Positions 49,601 to 61,600 of a stretch of 64,000 nucleotides of DNA are shown here, in pieces. This stretch comes from Eledone cirrhosa (lineage: Eukaryota), in the NCBI GenBank assembly GCA_964016885.1, contig OZ024741.1:3782001-3846000 (forward strand), given 5' to 3'. The position numbers and the translations under genes were made by a program. How positions within the stretch are numbered: position 1 is the first letter of the stretch; each line of letters begins with the position of its first letter. A model generated the notes under the pieces. It searched no databases and was not told the DNA's origin. It saw only the letters and a list, made by a program, of their open reading frames with translations.

Positions 49601-52600
49601 CTTGACAGCTAACAACTGATGGAGGGAGTTTGTTCCATGGATGTTTTAAAGGATGCAGTCTCGCGACAGCTAACAACCGATGCTGGTAGTTTGTTCCATG
49701 GAGGTTTTAAAGGATCCAGTGTCTCGACAGCTAACAGCTGATGCTGGTAGTTTGTTCTATGGAGGTTTTAAAGGATGCAGTGTCTCGACAGCTAACAACT
49801 GGTGCAGGTAGTTTGTTCCATGGAGGTTTTAAAGGATGCAGTGTCTCGACAGCTAACAACTGATGAGGGTAGTTTGTTCCATGGAGGTTTTAAAGGATGC
49901 AGTGTCTCGACAGCTAACAACTGATGCAGGTAGTTTGTTCCATATAGGTTTTAAAGGATGCAGTATCTCAAAAGCTAACAACTGATGCAGGTAGTTTGTT
50001 CTATAGAGGTTTTAAAGGATGCAGTGTCCCGACAGCTAACAACTGATGCAGGTAGTTTGTTCCATAGAGGTTTTTAAGGATGCAGTGTCTCGACAGCTAA
50101 CAACTGATGCAGGTAGTTTGTTCCATGGAGGTTTTGATGGATCCAGTGTCTCGACAGCTAACAACTGATGCAGGTAGTTTGTTCCATAGAGGTTTTAAAG
50201 GATGCAGTGTCTCGGCAGCTAACAACTGATGCAGGTAGTTTGTTCCATAGAGGTTTTTAAGGATGCAGTGTCTCGACAGCTAACAACCAATGAAGGTAGT
50301 TTGTTCCATGTAGGTTTTAAAGGATCCAGTGTCTCGACAGCTAACAACTGATGTAGGTAGGTTGTTCCATGGAGGTTTTAAAGGATGCAGTGTCCCGACA
50401 GCTAACAACTGATGCAGGTAGTGTGTTCCATGGAGGTTTTTAAGGATGCAGTGTCTCGACAGCTAACAACTGATGCAGGTAGTTTGTTCCATAGAGGTTT
50501 TTAAAGATGCAGTGTCTCGACAGCTAACAACTGATGCAGGTAGTTTGTTCCATGGAGGTTTTAATGGATTCAGTGTCTCGACAGCTAACAACTAATGGAG
50601 GTACTTTGTTCCATGGAGGTTTTAAATGATCCAGTGTCTCGACAGCTAACAACTGATGTAGGTAGTTTGTTCCATGGAGGTTTTCAAGGATGCAGTGTCT
50701 CAACAGCTAACAACTGATGCAGATAGTTTGTTCCATGGATGTTTTAAAGGATGCAGTGTCTCGACAGCTAACAACTGATGCAGGTAGTTTGTTCCATGGA
50801 GGTTTTAAAGGAAGCAGTGTCTCGACAGCTAACAACTGATGCAGGTAGTTTGTTCCATAGAGGTTTTAAAGGATGCAGTGTCTCGACAGCTAACAACTGA
50901 TGCAGGTAGTTTGTTCCATGGATGTTTTAAAGGATGCAGTGTCTCGACAGCTAACAACTGATGAAGGTAGTTTGTTCCATGGACGTTTTAAAGGATGCAG
51001 TATCTCAAAAGCTAACAACTGATGCAGGTAGTTTGTTCCATAGAGGTTTTAAAGGATGCAGTGTCCCGACAGCTAACAGCTGATGCATGTAGTGTGTTCC
51101 ATGGAGGTTTTTAAAGATGCAGTGTCTCGACAGCTAACAACTGATGCAGGTAGTTTGTTCCATGGAGGTTTTAATGGATCCAGTGTCTCGACAGCTAACA
51201 ACTGATGAAGGTAGTTTGTTCCATGGACGTTTTAAAGGATGCAGTATCTCAAAAGCTAACAACTGATGCAGGTAGTTTGTTCCATAGAGGTTTTAAAGGA
51301 TGCAGTGTCCCGACAGCTAACAGCTGATGCATGTAGTGTGTTCCATGGAGGTTTTTAAAGATGCAGTGTCTCGACAGCTAACAACTGATGCAGGTAGTTT
51401 GTTCCATGGAGGTTTTAATGGATCCAGTGTCTCGTCAGCTAACAACTGATGAAGGTAGTTTGTTCCATGGATGTTTTAAAGGATGCAGTGTCTCGACAGC
51501 TAACAACTGATGCAGGTAGTTTGTTCCATGGAGGTTTTAAAGGAAGCAGTGTCTGGACAGCTAACAACTGATGCAGGTAGTTTGTTCCATAGAGGTTTTA
51601 AAGGATGCAATGTCTCGACAGCTAACAACTGATGCAGGTAGTTTGTTCCATGGATGTTTTAAAGGATGCAGTGTCTCGACAGCTAACAACTGATGAAGGT
51701 AGTTTGTTCCATGGAGGTTTTAAAGGATGCAGTATCTCAAAAGCTAACAACAGATGCAGGTAGTTTGTTCCATAGAGGTTTTAAAGGATGCAGTGTCCCG
51801 ACAGCTAACAACTGATGCAGGTAGTGTGTTCCATGGAGGTTTTTAAGGATGCAGTGTCTCGACAGCTAACAACTGATGCAGGTAGTTTGTTCCATGGAGG
51901 TTTTAATGGATCCAGTGTCTCGACAGCTAACAACTAATGAAGGTAGTTTGTTCCATGGAGGTTTTAAAGGATCCAGTGTCTCGACAGCTAACAACTGATG
52001 TAGGTAGTTTGTTCCATGGAGGTTTTAAAGGATGCAGTGTCCTGACAGCTAACAACTGATGCAGGTAGTGTGTTCCATGGAGGTTTTTAAGGATGCAGTG
52101 TCTCGACAGCTAACAACTGATGCAGGTAGTTTGTTCCATAGAGGTTTTTAAAGATGGCAGTGTCTCGACAGCTAACTACTGATGAAGGTAGTTTGTTCCA
52201 TGGAGGTTTTAAAGGATGCAGTGTCTCGACAGCTAACAATTGATGCAGGTAGTTTGTTCCATGGAGGTTTTAATGGATCCAGTGTCTCAACAGCTAACAA
52301 CTGATGAAGGTAGTTTGTTCCATGGATGTTTTAAAGGATGCAGTGTCTCGACAGCTAACAACTGATGCAGGTAGTTTGTTTCATGGAGGTTTTAAAGGGA
52401 GCAGTGTCTCGACAGCTAACAACTGATGCAGGTAGTTTGTTCCATAGAGCTTTTAAAGGATGCAGTGTCTCGACAGCTAACAACTGATGCAGGTAGTTTG
52501 TTCCATGGAGGTTTTAAAGGATGCAGTGTCTCGACAGCTAACAACTGATGCAGGTAGTTTGTTCCATGGAGGTTTTAAAGGATGTAGTGTCTCGACAGCT

Positions 52601-55600
52601 AACAACTGATCCAGGTAGTTTATTCCATGGATGTTTTAAAGGATGCAGTGTCTCGACAGCTAACAACTGATGCAGGTAGTATGTTCCATAGAGGTTTTAA
52701 AGGATGCAGTGTCTCGACAGCTAACAGCTGATGCTGGTAGTTTGTTCCATGGAGGTTTTAAAGGATGCAGTATCTCGACAGCTAACAACTGATGCAGGTA
52801 GTTTGTTCCATGGAGGTTTTAATGGATGCAGTATCTCAAAAGCTAACAACTGATGCAGGTAGTTTGTTCCATGGAGGTTTTAATGGATCCAGTGTCTCGA
52901 CAGCTAACAACTAATGAAGGTAGTTTGTTCCATGGAGGTTTTAAAGGATGCAGTGTCTCGACAGCTAACAACTGATGCAGGTAGTTTGTTCCATAGAGGT
53001 TTTTAAGGATGCAGTGTCTTGACAGCTAACAACTGATGCAGGTAGTTTGTTCCATGGAGGTTTTAATGGATCCAGTGTCTCGACAGCTAACAACTAATGA
53101 AGGTAGTTTGTTCCATGGAAGTTTGAAAGGATCCAATGTCTCGACAGCTAACAACTGATGCAAGTAGTTTGTTCCATGGAGGTTTTAAAGGATGCAGTGT
53201 CTCGACAGCTAACAACTGATGCAAGTAGTTTATTCCATGGAGGTTTTAAAGGATGCAGTGTCTCGACAGCTAACAACTGATTCTGGTAGTTTGTTCCATG
53301 GAGGTTTTAAAGGATGCAGTGTCTTGACAGCTAACAACTGGTGCTGGTAGTTTGTTCCATGGAGGTTTTAAAGGATGCAGTGTCTCGACAGCTAACAACT
53401 GATGCAGGTAGTGTGTTCCATGGAGGTTTTTAAGGATGCAGTGTCTCGACAGCTAACAACTGATGCAGGTAGTTTGTTCCATAGAGGTTTTTAAGGATGC
53501 AGTGTCTCGACAGCTAACAACTGATGCAGGTAGTTTGTTCCATGGAGGTTCTAAAGGATCCAGTGTCTCGACAGCTTACAACTGATGTAGGTAGTTTGTT
53601 CCATGGAGGTTTTAAAGGATGCAGTGTCTCGACAGCTAACAACTGATGCAAGTAGTTTGTTCCATGGAGGTTTTAAAGGATGCAGTGTCTCGACAGCTAA
53701 CAACTGATGCAGGTAGTTTATTCCATAGAGGTTTTAAAGGATGCAGTGTCTCGACAGCTAACAGCTGATGCAGGTAGTTTGTTCCATAGAGGTTTTTAAG
53801 GATGCAGTGTCTCGACAGCTAACAACTGATGCAGGTAGTTTGTTCCATGGAGGTTTTAATGGATCCAGTGTCTCGACAGCTAACAACTGATGTAGGTAGT
53901 TTGTTCCATGGAGGTTTTAAAGGATGCAGTGTCTCGACAGCTAACAACTAATGAAGGTAGTTTGTTCCATGGAGGTTTTTAAGGATGCAGTGTCACGACA
54001 GCTAACAACTAATGAAGGTAGTTTGTTCCATGGAGGTTTTAAAGGATCCAGTGTCTCGACAGCTAACAACTGATGTAGGTAGTTTGTTCCATGGAGGTTT
54101 TAAAGGATGCAGTGTCTCGACAGCTAACAACTGATGCAAGTAGTTTGTTCCATGGAGGTTTTAATGGATCCAGTGTCTCAACAGCTAACAACTGATGAAG
54201 GTAGTTTGTTCCATGGAGGTTTTAAAGGATGCAGTGTCTCGACAGCTAACAATTGATGCAGGTAGTTTATTCCATGGAGGTTTTAATGGATCCAGTGTCT
54301 CAACAGCTAACAACTGATGAAGGTAGTTTGTTCCATGGAGGTTTTAAAGGATGCAGTGTCTCGACAGCTAACAATTGATGCAGGTAGTTTATTCCATGGA
54401 GGTTTTAATGGATCCAGTGTCTCGACAGCTAATAACTGATGCAGGTAGTTTGTTCCATGGAGGTTTTAAAGGATGTAGTGTCTCAACAGCTAACAACTGA
54501 TGCAGGTAGTTTGTTCCATGGATGTTTTAAAGGATGCAGTGTCTCGACAGCTAACAGCTGGTGCTGGTAGTTTGTTCCATGGAGGTTTTAAAGGATCCAG
54601 TGTCTCGACAGATAACAACTGATGCTGGTAGTTTGTTCCATGGAGGTTTTAAAGGATGCAGTGTCTCGACAGCTAATAGCTGATGAATGTAGTTTGTTCC
54701 ATGGAGGTTTTAAAGAAATGCAGTGTCTCGACAGCTAACAACTGGTGCAAGTTGTTTGTTCCCAGGAGGTATTAAAGGATTCAGTGTCTCGACAGCTAAC
54801 AACTGGTGCTGGTAGTTTGTTCCATGGAGGTTTTAAAGGATCCAGTGTCTTGACAGCTAACAACTGATGCTGGTAGTTTGTTCCATGGAGGTTTTAAAGG
54901 ATGCAGTGTCTCGACAGCTAAAACTGATGCAGCTAGTTTGTTCCATGGAGGTTTTAAAGGATGCAGTGTCTCGACAGCTAACAACTGATTCTGGAAGTTT
55001 GTTCCATGGAGGTTTCAAACGATCCAGTGTCTCGACAGCTAACAACTGATGCAGGTAGTTTGTTCCATGGATGTTTTAAAGGATGCAGTGTCTCGACAGC
55101 TAACAACTGATGCAGGTAATTTATTCCATAGAGGTTTTAAAGGATGCAGTGTCTCGACAGCTAACAACTGATGCAGGTAGTTTGTTCCATGGAGGTTTTA
55201 AAGGATGCAGTGTCTCGACAGCTAACAACTGATGCAGGTAATTTATTCCATAGAGGTTTTAAAGGATGCAGTGTCTCGACAGCTAACAACTGATGCAGGT
55301 AGTTTGTTCCATAGAGGTTTTTAAGGATGCAGTGTCTCGACAGCTAACAACTGATGCAGGTAGTTTGTTCCATGGAGGTTTTAATGGATCCAGTGTCTCG
55401 ACAGCTAACAACTAATGGAGGTAGTTTGTTCCATGGAGGTTTTAAAGGATCCAGTGTCTCGACAGCTAACAACTGATGTAGGTAGTTTGTTCCATGGAGG
55501 TTTTAAAGGATGCAGTGTCTCGACAGCTAACAATTGATGCAGGTAGTTTATTCCATGGAGGTTTTAATGGATCCAGTGTCTCAACAGCTAACAACTGATG

Positions 55601-58600
55601 AAGGTAGTTTGTTCCATGGATGTTTTAAAGGATGCAGTGTCTCGACAGCTAACAACTGATGCAGGTAGTTTGTTCCATGTAGGTTTTAAATGAAGCAGTG
55701 TCTCGACAGCTAACAACTGATGCAGGTAGTTTGTTCCATAGAGGTTTTAAAGGATGCAGTGTCTCGACAGCAAACAACTGATGCAGGTAGTTTGTTCCAT
55801 GGAAGTTTTAAAGGATGCAGTGTCCCGACAGCTAACAACTGATGCAGGTAGTTTGTTCCATGGAGGTTTTATGTTGTGTCTCGACAGCTAACAACTGATG
55901 CAGGTAGTTTGTTCCATGGATGTTTTAAAGGATGCAGTGTCTCGACAGCTAACAACTGATGCAGGTAGTTTGTTCCATAGAGGTTTTAAAGGATGCAGTG
56001 TCTCGACAGCTAACAATTGATGCAGGTAGTTTGTTCCATGGAGATTCTAAAGGATGCAGTGTCTCGACAGCTAACAACTGATGCAGGTAGTTTGTTCCAT
56101 GGATGTTTTAAAGGATGCAGTGTCTCGACAGCTAACAACTGGTGCTGGTAGTTTGTTCCATGGAGGTTTTAAAGGATCCAGTGTCTCGACAGCTAACAAC
56201 TGATGCTGGTAGTTTGTTCCATGGAGGTTTTAAAGGATGCAGTGTCTCGACAGCTAATAGCTGATGAATGTAGTTTGTTCCATGGAGGTTTTAAAGAAAT
56301 GCAGTGTCTCGACAGCTAACAACTGGTGCAAGTTGTTTGTTCCCAGGAGGTATTAAAGGATTCAGTGTCTCGACAGCTAACAACTGGTGCTGGTAGTTTG
56401 TTCCATGGAGGTTTTAAAGGATCCAGTGTCTTGACAGCTAACAACTGATGCTGGTAGTTTTTTCCATGGAGGTTTTAAAGGATGCAGTGTCTCGACAGCT
56501 AAAACTGATGCAGCTAGATTGTTCCATGGAGGTTTTAAAGGATGCAGTGTCTCGACAGCTAACAACTGATGCAGGTAGTTTGTTCCATGGATGTTTTAAA
56601 GGATGCAGTGTCTTGACAGCTAACAACTGATGGAGGGAGTTTGTTCCATGGATGTTTTAAAGGATGCAGTCTCGCGACAGCTAACAACCAATGCTGGTAG
56701 TTTGTTCCATGGAGGTTTTAAAGGATCCAGTGTCTCGACAGCTAACAGCTGATGCTGGTAGTTTGTTCTATGGAGGTTTTAAAGGATGCAGTGTCTCGAC
56801 AGCTAACAACTGGTGCAGGTAGTTTGTTCCATGGAGGTTTTAAAGGATGCAGTGTCTCGACAGCTAACAACTGATGAGGGTAGTTTGTTCCATGGAGGTT
56901 TTAAAGGATGCAGTGTCTCGACAGCTAACAACTGATGCAGGTAGTTTGTTCCATATAGGTTTTAAAGGATGCAGTATCTCAAAAGCTAACAACTGATGCA
57001 GGTAGTTTGTTCTATAGAGGTTTTAAAGGATGCAGTGTCCCGACAGCTAACAACTGATGCAGGTTGTTTGTTCCATAGAGGTTTTTAAGGATGCAGTGTC
57101 TCGACAGCTAACAACTGATGCAGGTAGTTTGTTCCATGGAGGTTTTGATGGATCCAGTGTCTCGACAGCTAACAACTGATGCAGGTAGTTTGTTCCATAG
57201 AGGTTTTAAAGGATGCAGTGTCTCGGCAGCTAACAACTGATGCAGGTAGTTTGTTCCATAGAGGTTTTTAAGGATGCAGTGTCTCGACAGCTAACAACCA
57301 ATGAAGGTAGTTTGTTCCATGTAGGTTTTAAAGGATCCAGTGTCTCGACAGCTAACAACTGATGTAGGTAGGTTGTTCCATGGAGGTTTTAAAGGATGCA
57401 GTGTCCCGACAGCTAACAACTGATGCAGGTAGTGTGTTCCATGGAGGTTTTTAAGGATGCAGTGTCTCGACAGCTAACAACTGATGCAGGTAGTTTGTTC
57501 CATAGAGGTTTTTAAAGATGCAGTGTCTCGACAGCTAACAACTGATGCAGGTAGTTTGTTCCATGGAGGTTTTAATGGATTCAGTGTCTCGACAGCTAAC
57601 AACTAATGGAGGTACTTTGTTCCATGGAGGTTTTAAATGATCCAGTGTCTCGACAGCTAACAACTGATGTAGGTAGTTTGTTCCATGGAGGTTTTCAAGG
57701 ATGCAGTGTCTCAACAGCTAACAACTGATGCAGATAGTTTGTTCCATGGATGTTTTAAAGGATGCAGTGTCTCGACAGCTAACAACTGATGCAGGTAGTT
57801 TGTTCCATGGAGGTTTTAAAGGAAGCAGTGTCTCGACAGCTAACAACTGATGCAGGTAGTTTGTTCCATAGAGGTTTTAAAGGATGCAGTGTCTCGACAG
57901 CTAACAACTGATGCAGGTAGTTTGTTCCATGGATGTTTTAAAGGATGCAGTGTCTCGACAGCTAACAACTGATGAAGGTAGTTTGTTCCATGGAGGTTTT
58001 AAAGGATGCAGTATCTCAAATGCTAACAACTGATGCAGGTAGTTTGTTCCATAGAGGTTTTAAAGGATGCAGTGTCCCGACAGCTAACAGCTGATGCATG
58101 TAGTGTGTTCCATGGAGGTTTTTAAAGATGCAGTGTCTCGACAGCTAACAACTGATGCAGGTAGTTTGTTCCATGGAGGTTTTAATGGATCCAGTGTCTC
58201 GTCAGCTAACAACTGATGAAGGTAGTTTGTTCCATGGATGTTTTAAAGGATGCAGTGTCTCGACAGCTAACAACTGATGCAGGTAGTTTGTTCCATGGAG
58301 GTTTTAAAGGAAGCAGTGTCTGGACAGCTAACAACTGATGCAGGTAGTTTGTTCCATAGAGGTTTTAAAGGATGCAATGTCTCGACAGCTAACAACTGAT
58401 GCAGGTAGTTTGTTCCATGGATGTTTTAAAGGATGCAGTGTCTCGACAGCTAACAACTGATGAAGGTAGTTTGTTCCATGGAGGTTTTAAAGGATGCAGT
58501 ATCTCAAAAGCTAACAACAGATGCAGGTAGTTTGTTCCATAGAGGTTTTAAAGGATGCAGTGTCCCGACAGCTAACAACTGATGCAGGTAGTGTGTTCCA

Positions 58601-61600
58601 TGGAGGTTTTTAAGGATGCAGTGTCTCGACAGCTAACAACTGATGCAGGTAGTTTGTTCCATGGAGGTTTTAATGGATCCAGTGTCTCGACAGCTAACAA
58701 CTAATGAAGGTAGTTTGTTCCATGGAGGTTTTAAAGGATCCAGTGTCTCGACAGCTAACAACTGATGTAGGTAGTTTGTTCCATGGAGGTTTTAAAGGAT
58801 GCAGTGTCCTGACAGCTAACAACTGATGCAGGTAGTGTGTTCCATGGAGGTTTTTAAGGATGCAGTGTCTCGACAGCTAACAACTGATGCAGGTAGTTTG
58901 TTCCATAGAGGTTTTTAAAGATGGCAGTGTCTCGACAGCTAACTACTGATGAAGGTAGTTTGTTCCATGGAGGTTTTAAAGGATGCAGTGTCTCGACAGC
59001 TAACAATTGATGCAGGTAGTTTGTTCCATGGAGGTTTTAATGGATCCAGTGTCTCAACAGCTAACAACTGATGAAGGTAGTTTGTTCCATGGATGTTTTA
59101 AAGGATGCAGTGTCTCGACAGCTAACAACTGATGCAGGTAGTTTGTTTCATGGAGGTTTTAAAGGGAGCAGTGTCTCGACAGCTAACAACTGATGCAGGT
59201 AGTTTGTTCCATAGAGCTTTTAAAGGATGCAGTGTCTCGACAGCTAACAACTGATGCAGGTAGTTTGTTCCATGGAGGTTTTAAAGGATGCAGTGTCTCG
59301 ACAGCTAACAACTGATGCAGGTAGTTTGTTCCATGGAGGTTTTAAAGGATGTAGTGTCTCGACAGCTAACAACTGATCCAGGTAGTTTATTCCATGGATG
59401 TTTTAAAGGATGCAGTGTCTCGACAGCTAACAACTGATGCAGGTAGTATGTTCCATAGAGGTTTTAAAGGATGCAGTGTCTCGACAGCTAACAGCTGATG
59501 CTGGTAGTTTGTTCCATGGAGGTTTTAAAGGATGCAGTATCTCGACAGCTAACAACTGATGCAGGTAGTTTGTTCCATGGAGGTTTTAATGGATGCAGTA
59601 TCTCAAAAGCTAACAACTGATGCAGGTAGTTTGTTCCATGGAGGTTTTAATGGATCCAGTGTCTCGACAGCTAACAACTAATGAAGGTAGTTTGTTCCAT
59701 GGAGGTTTTAAAGGATGCAGTGTCTCGACAGCTAACAACTGATGCAGGTAGTTTGTTCCATAGAGGTTTTTAAGGATGCAGTGTCTTGACAGCTAACAAC
59801 TGATGCAGGTAGTTTGTTCCATGGAGGTTTTAATGGATCCAGTGTCTCGACAGCTAACAACTAATGAAGGTAGTTTGTTCCATGGAAGTTTGAAAGGATC
59901 CAATGTCTCGACAGCTAACAACTGATGCAAGTAGTTTGTTCCATGGAGGTTTTAAAGGATGCAGTGTCTCGACAGCTAACAACTGATGCAAGTAGTTTAT
60001 TCCATGGAGGTTTTAAAGGATGCAGTGTCTCGACAGCTAACAACTGATTCTGGTAGTTTGTTCCATGGAGGTTTTAAAGGATGCAGTGTCTTGACAGCTA
60101 ACAACTGGTGCTGGTAGTTTGTTCCATGGAGGTTTTAAAGGATGCAGTGTCTCGACAGCTAACAACTGATGCAGGTAGTGTGTTCCATGGAGGTTTTTAA
60201 GGATGCAGTGTCTCGACAGCTAACAACTGATGCAGGTAGTTTGTTCCATAGAGGTTTTTAAGGATGCAGTGTCTCGACAGCTAACAACTGATGCAGGTAG
60301 TTTGTTCCATGGAGGTTTTAAAGGATGCAGTGTCTCGACAGCTAACAACTGATGCAGGTAGTTTGTTCCATGGAGGTTCTAAAGGATCCAGTGTCTCGAC
60401 AGCTTACAACTGATGTAGGTAGTTTGTTCCATGGAGGTTTTAAAGGATGCAGTGTCTCGACAGCTAACAGCTGATGCAAGTAGTTTGTTCCATGGAGGTT
60501 TTAAAGGATGCAGTGTCTCGACAGCTAACAACTGATGCAGGTAGTTTATTCCATAGAGGTTTTAAAGGATGCAGTGTCTCGACAGCTAACAGCTGATGCA
60601 GGTAGTTTGTTCCATAGAGGTTTTTAAGGATGCAGTGTCTCGACAGCTAACAACTGATGCAGGTAGTTTGTTCCATGGAGGTTTTAATGGATCCAGTGTC
60701 TCGACAGCTAACAACTGATGTAGGTAGTTTGTTCCATGGAGGTTTTAAAGGATGCAGTGTCTCGACAGCTAACAACTAATGAAGGTAGTTTGTTCCATGG
60801 AGGTTTTTAAGGATGCAGTGTCACGACAGCTAACAACTAATGAAGGTAGTTTGTTCCATGGAGGTTTTAAAGGATCCAGTGTCTCGACAGCTAACAACTG
60901 ATGTAGGTAGTTTGTTCCATGGAGGTTTTAAAGGATGCAGTGTCTCGACAGCTAACAACTGATGCAAGTAGTTTGTTCCATGGAGGTTTTAATGGATCCA
61001 GTGTCTCAACAGCTAACAACTGATGAAGGTAGTTTGTTCCATGGAGGTTTTAAAGGATGCAGTGTCTCGACAGCTAACAATTGATGCAGGTAGTTTATTC
61101 CATGGAGGTTTTGATGGATCCAGTGTCTCAACAGCTAACAACTGATGAAGGTAGTTTGTTCCATGGAGGTTTTAAAGGATGCAGTGTCTCGACAGCTAAC
61201 AATTGATGCAGGTAGTTTATTCCATGGAGGTTTTAATGGATCCAGTGTCTCGACAGCTAATAACTGATGCAGGTAGTTTGTTCCATGGAGGTTTTAAAGG
61301 ATGTAGTGTCTCAACAGCTAACAACTGATGCAGGTAGTTTGTTCCATGGATGTTTTAAAGGATGCAGTGTCTCGAGAGCTAACAGCTGGTGCTGGTAGTT
61401 TGTTCCATGGAGGTTTTAAAGGATCCAGTGTCTCGACAGATAACAACTGATGCTGGTAGTTTGTTCCATGGAGGTTTTAAAGGATGCAGTGTCTCGACAG
61501 CTAATAGCTGATGAATGTAGTTTGTTCCATGGAGGTTTTAAAGAAATGCAGTGTCTCGACAGCTAACAACTGGTGCAAGTTGTTTGTTCCCAGGAGGTAT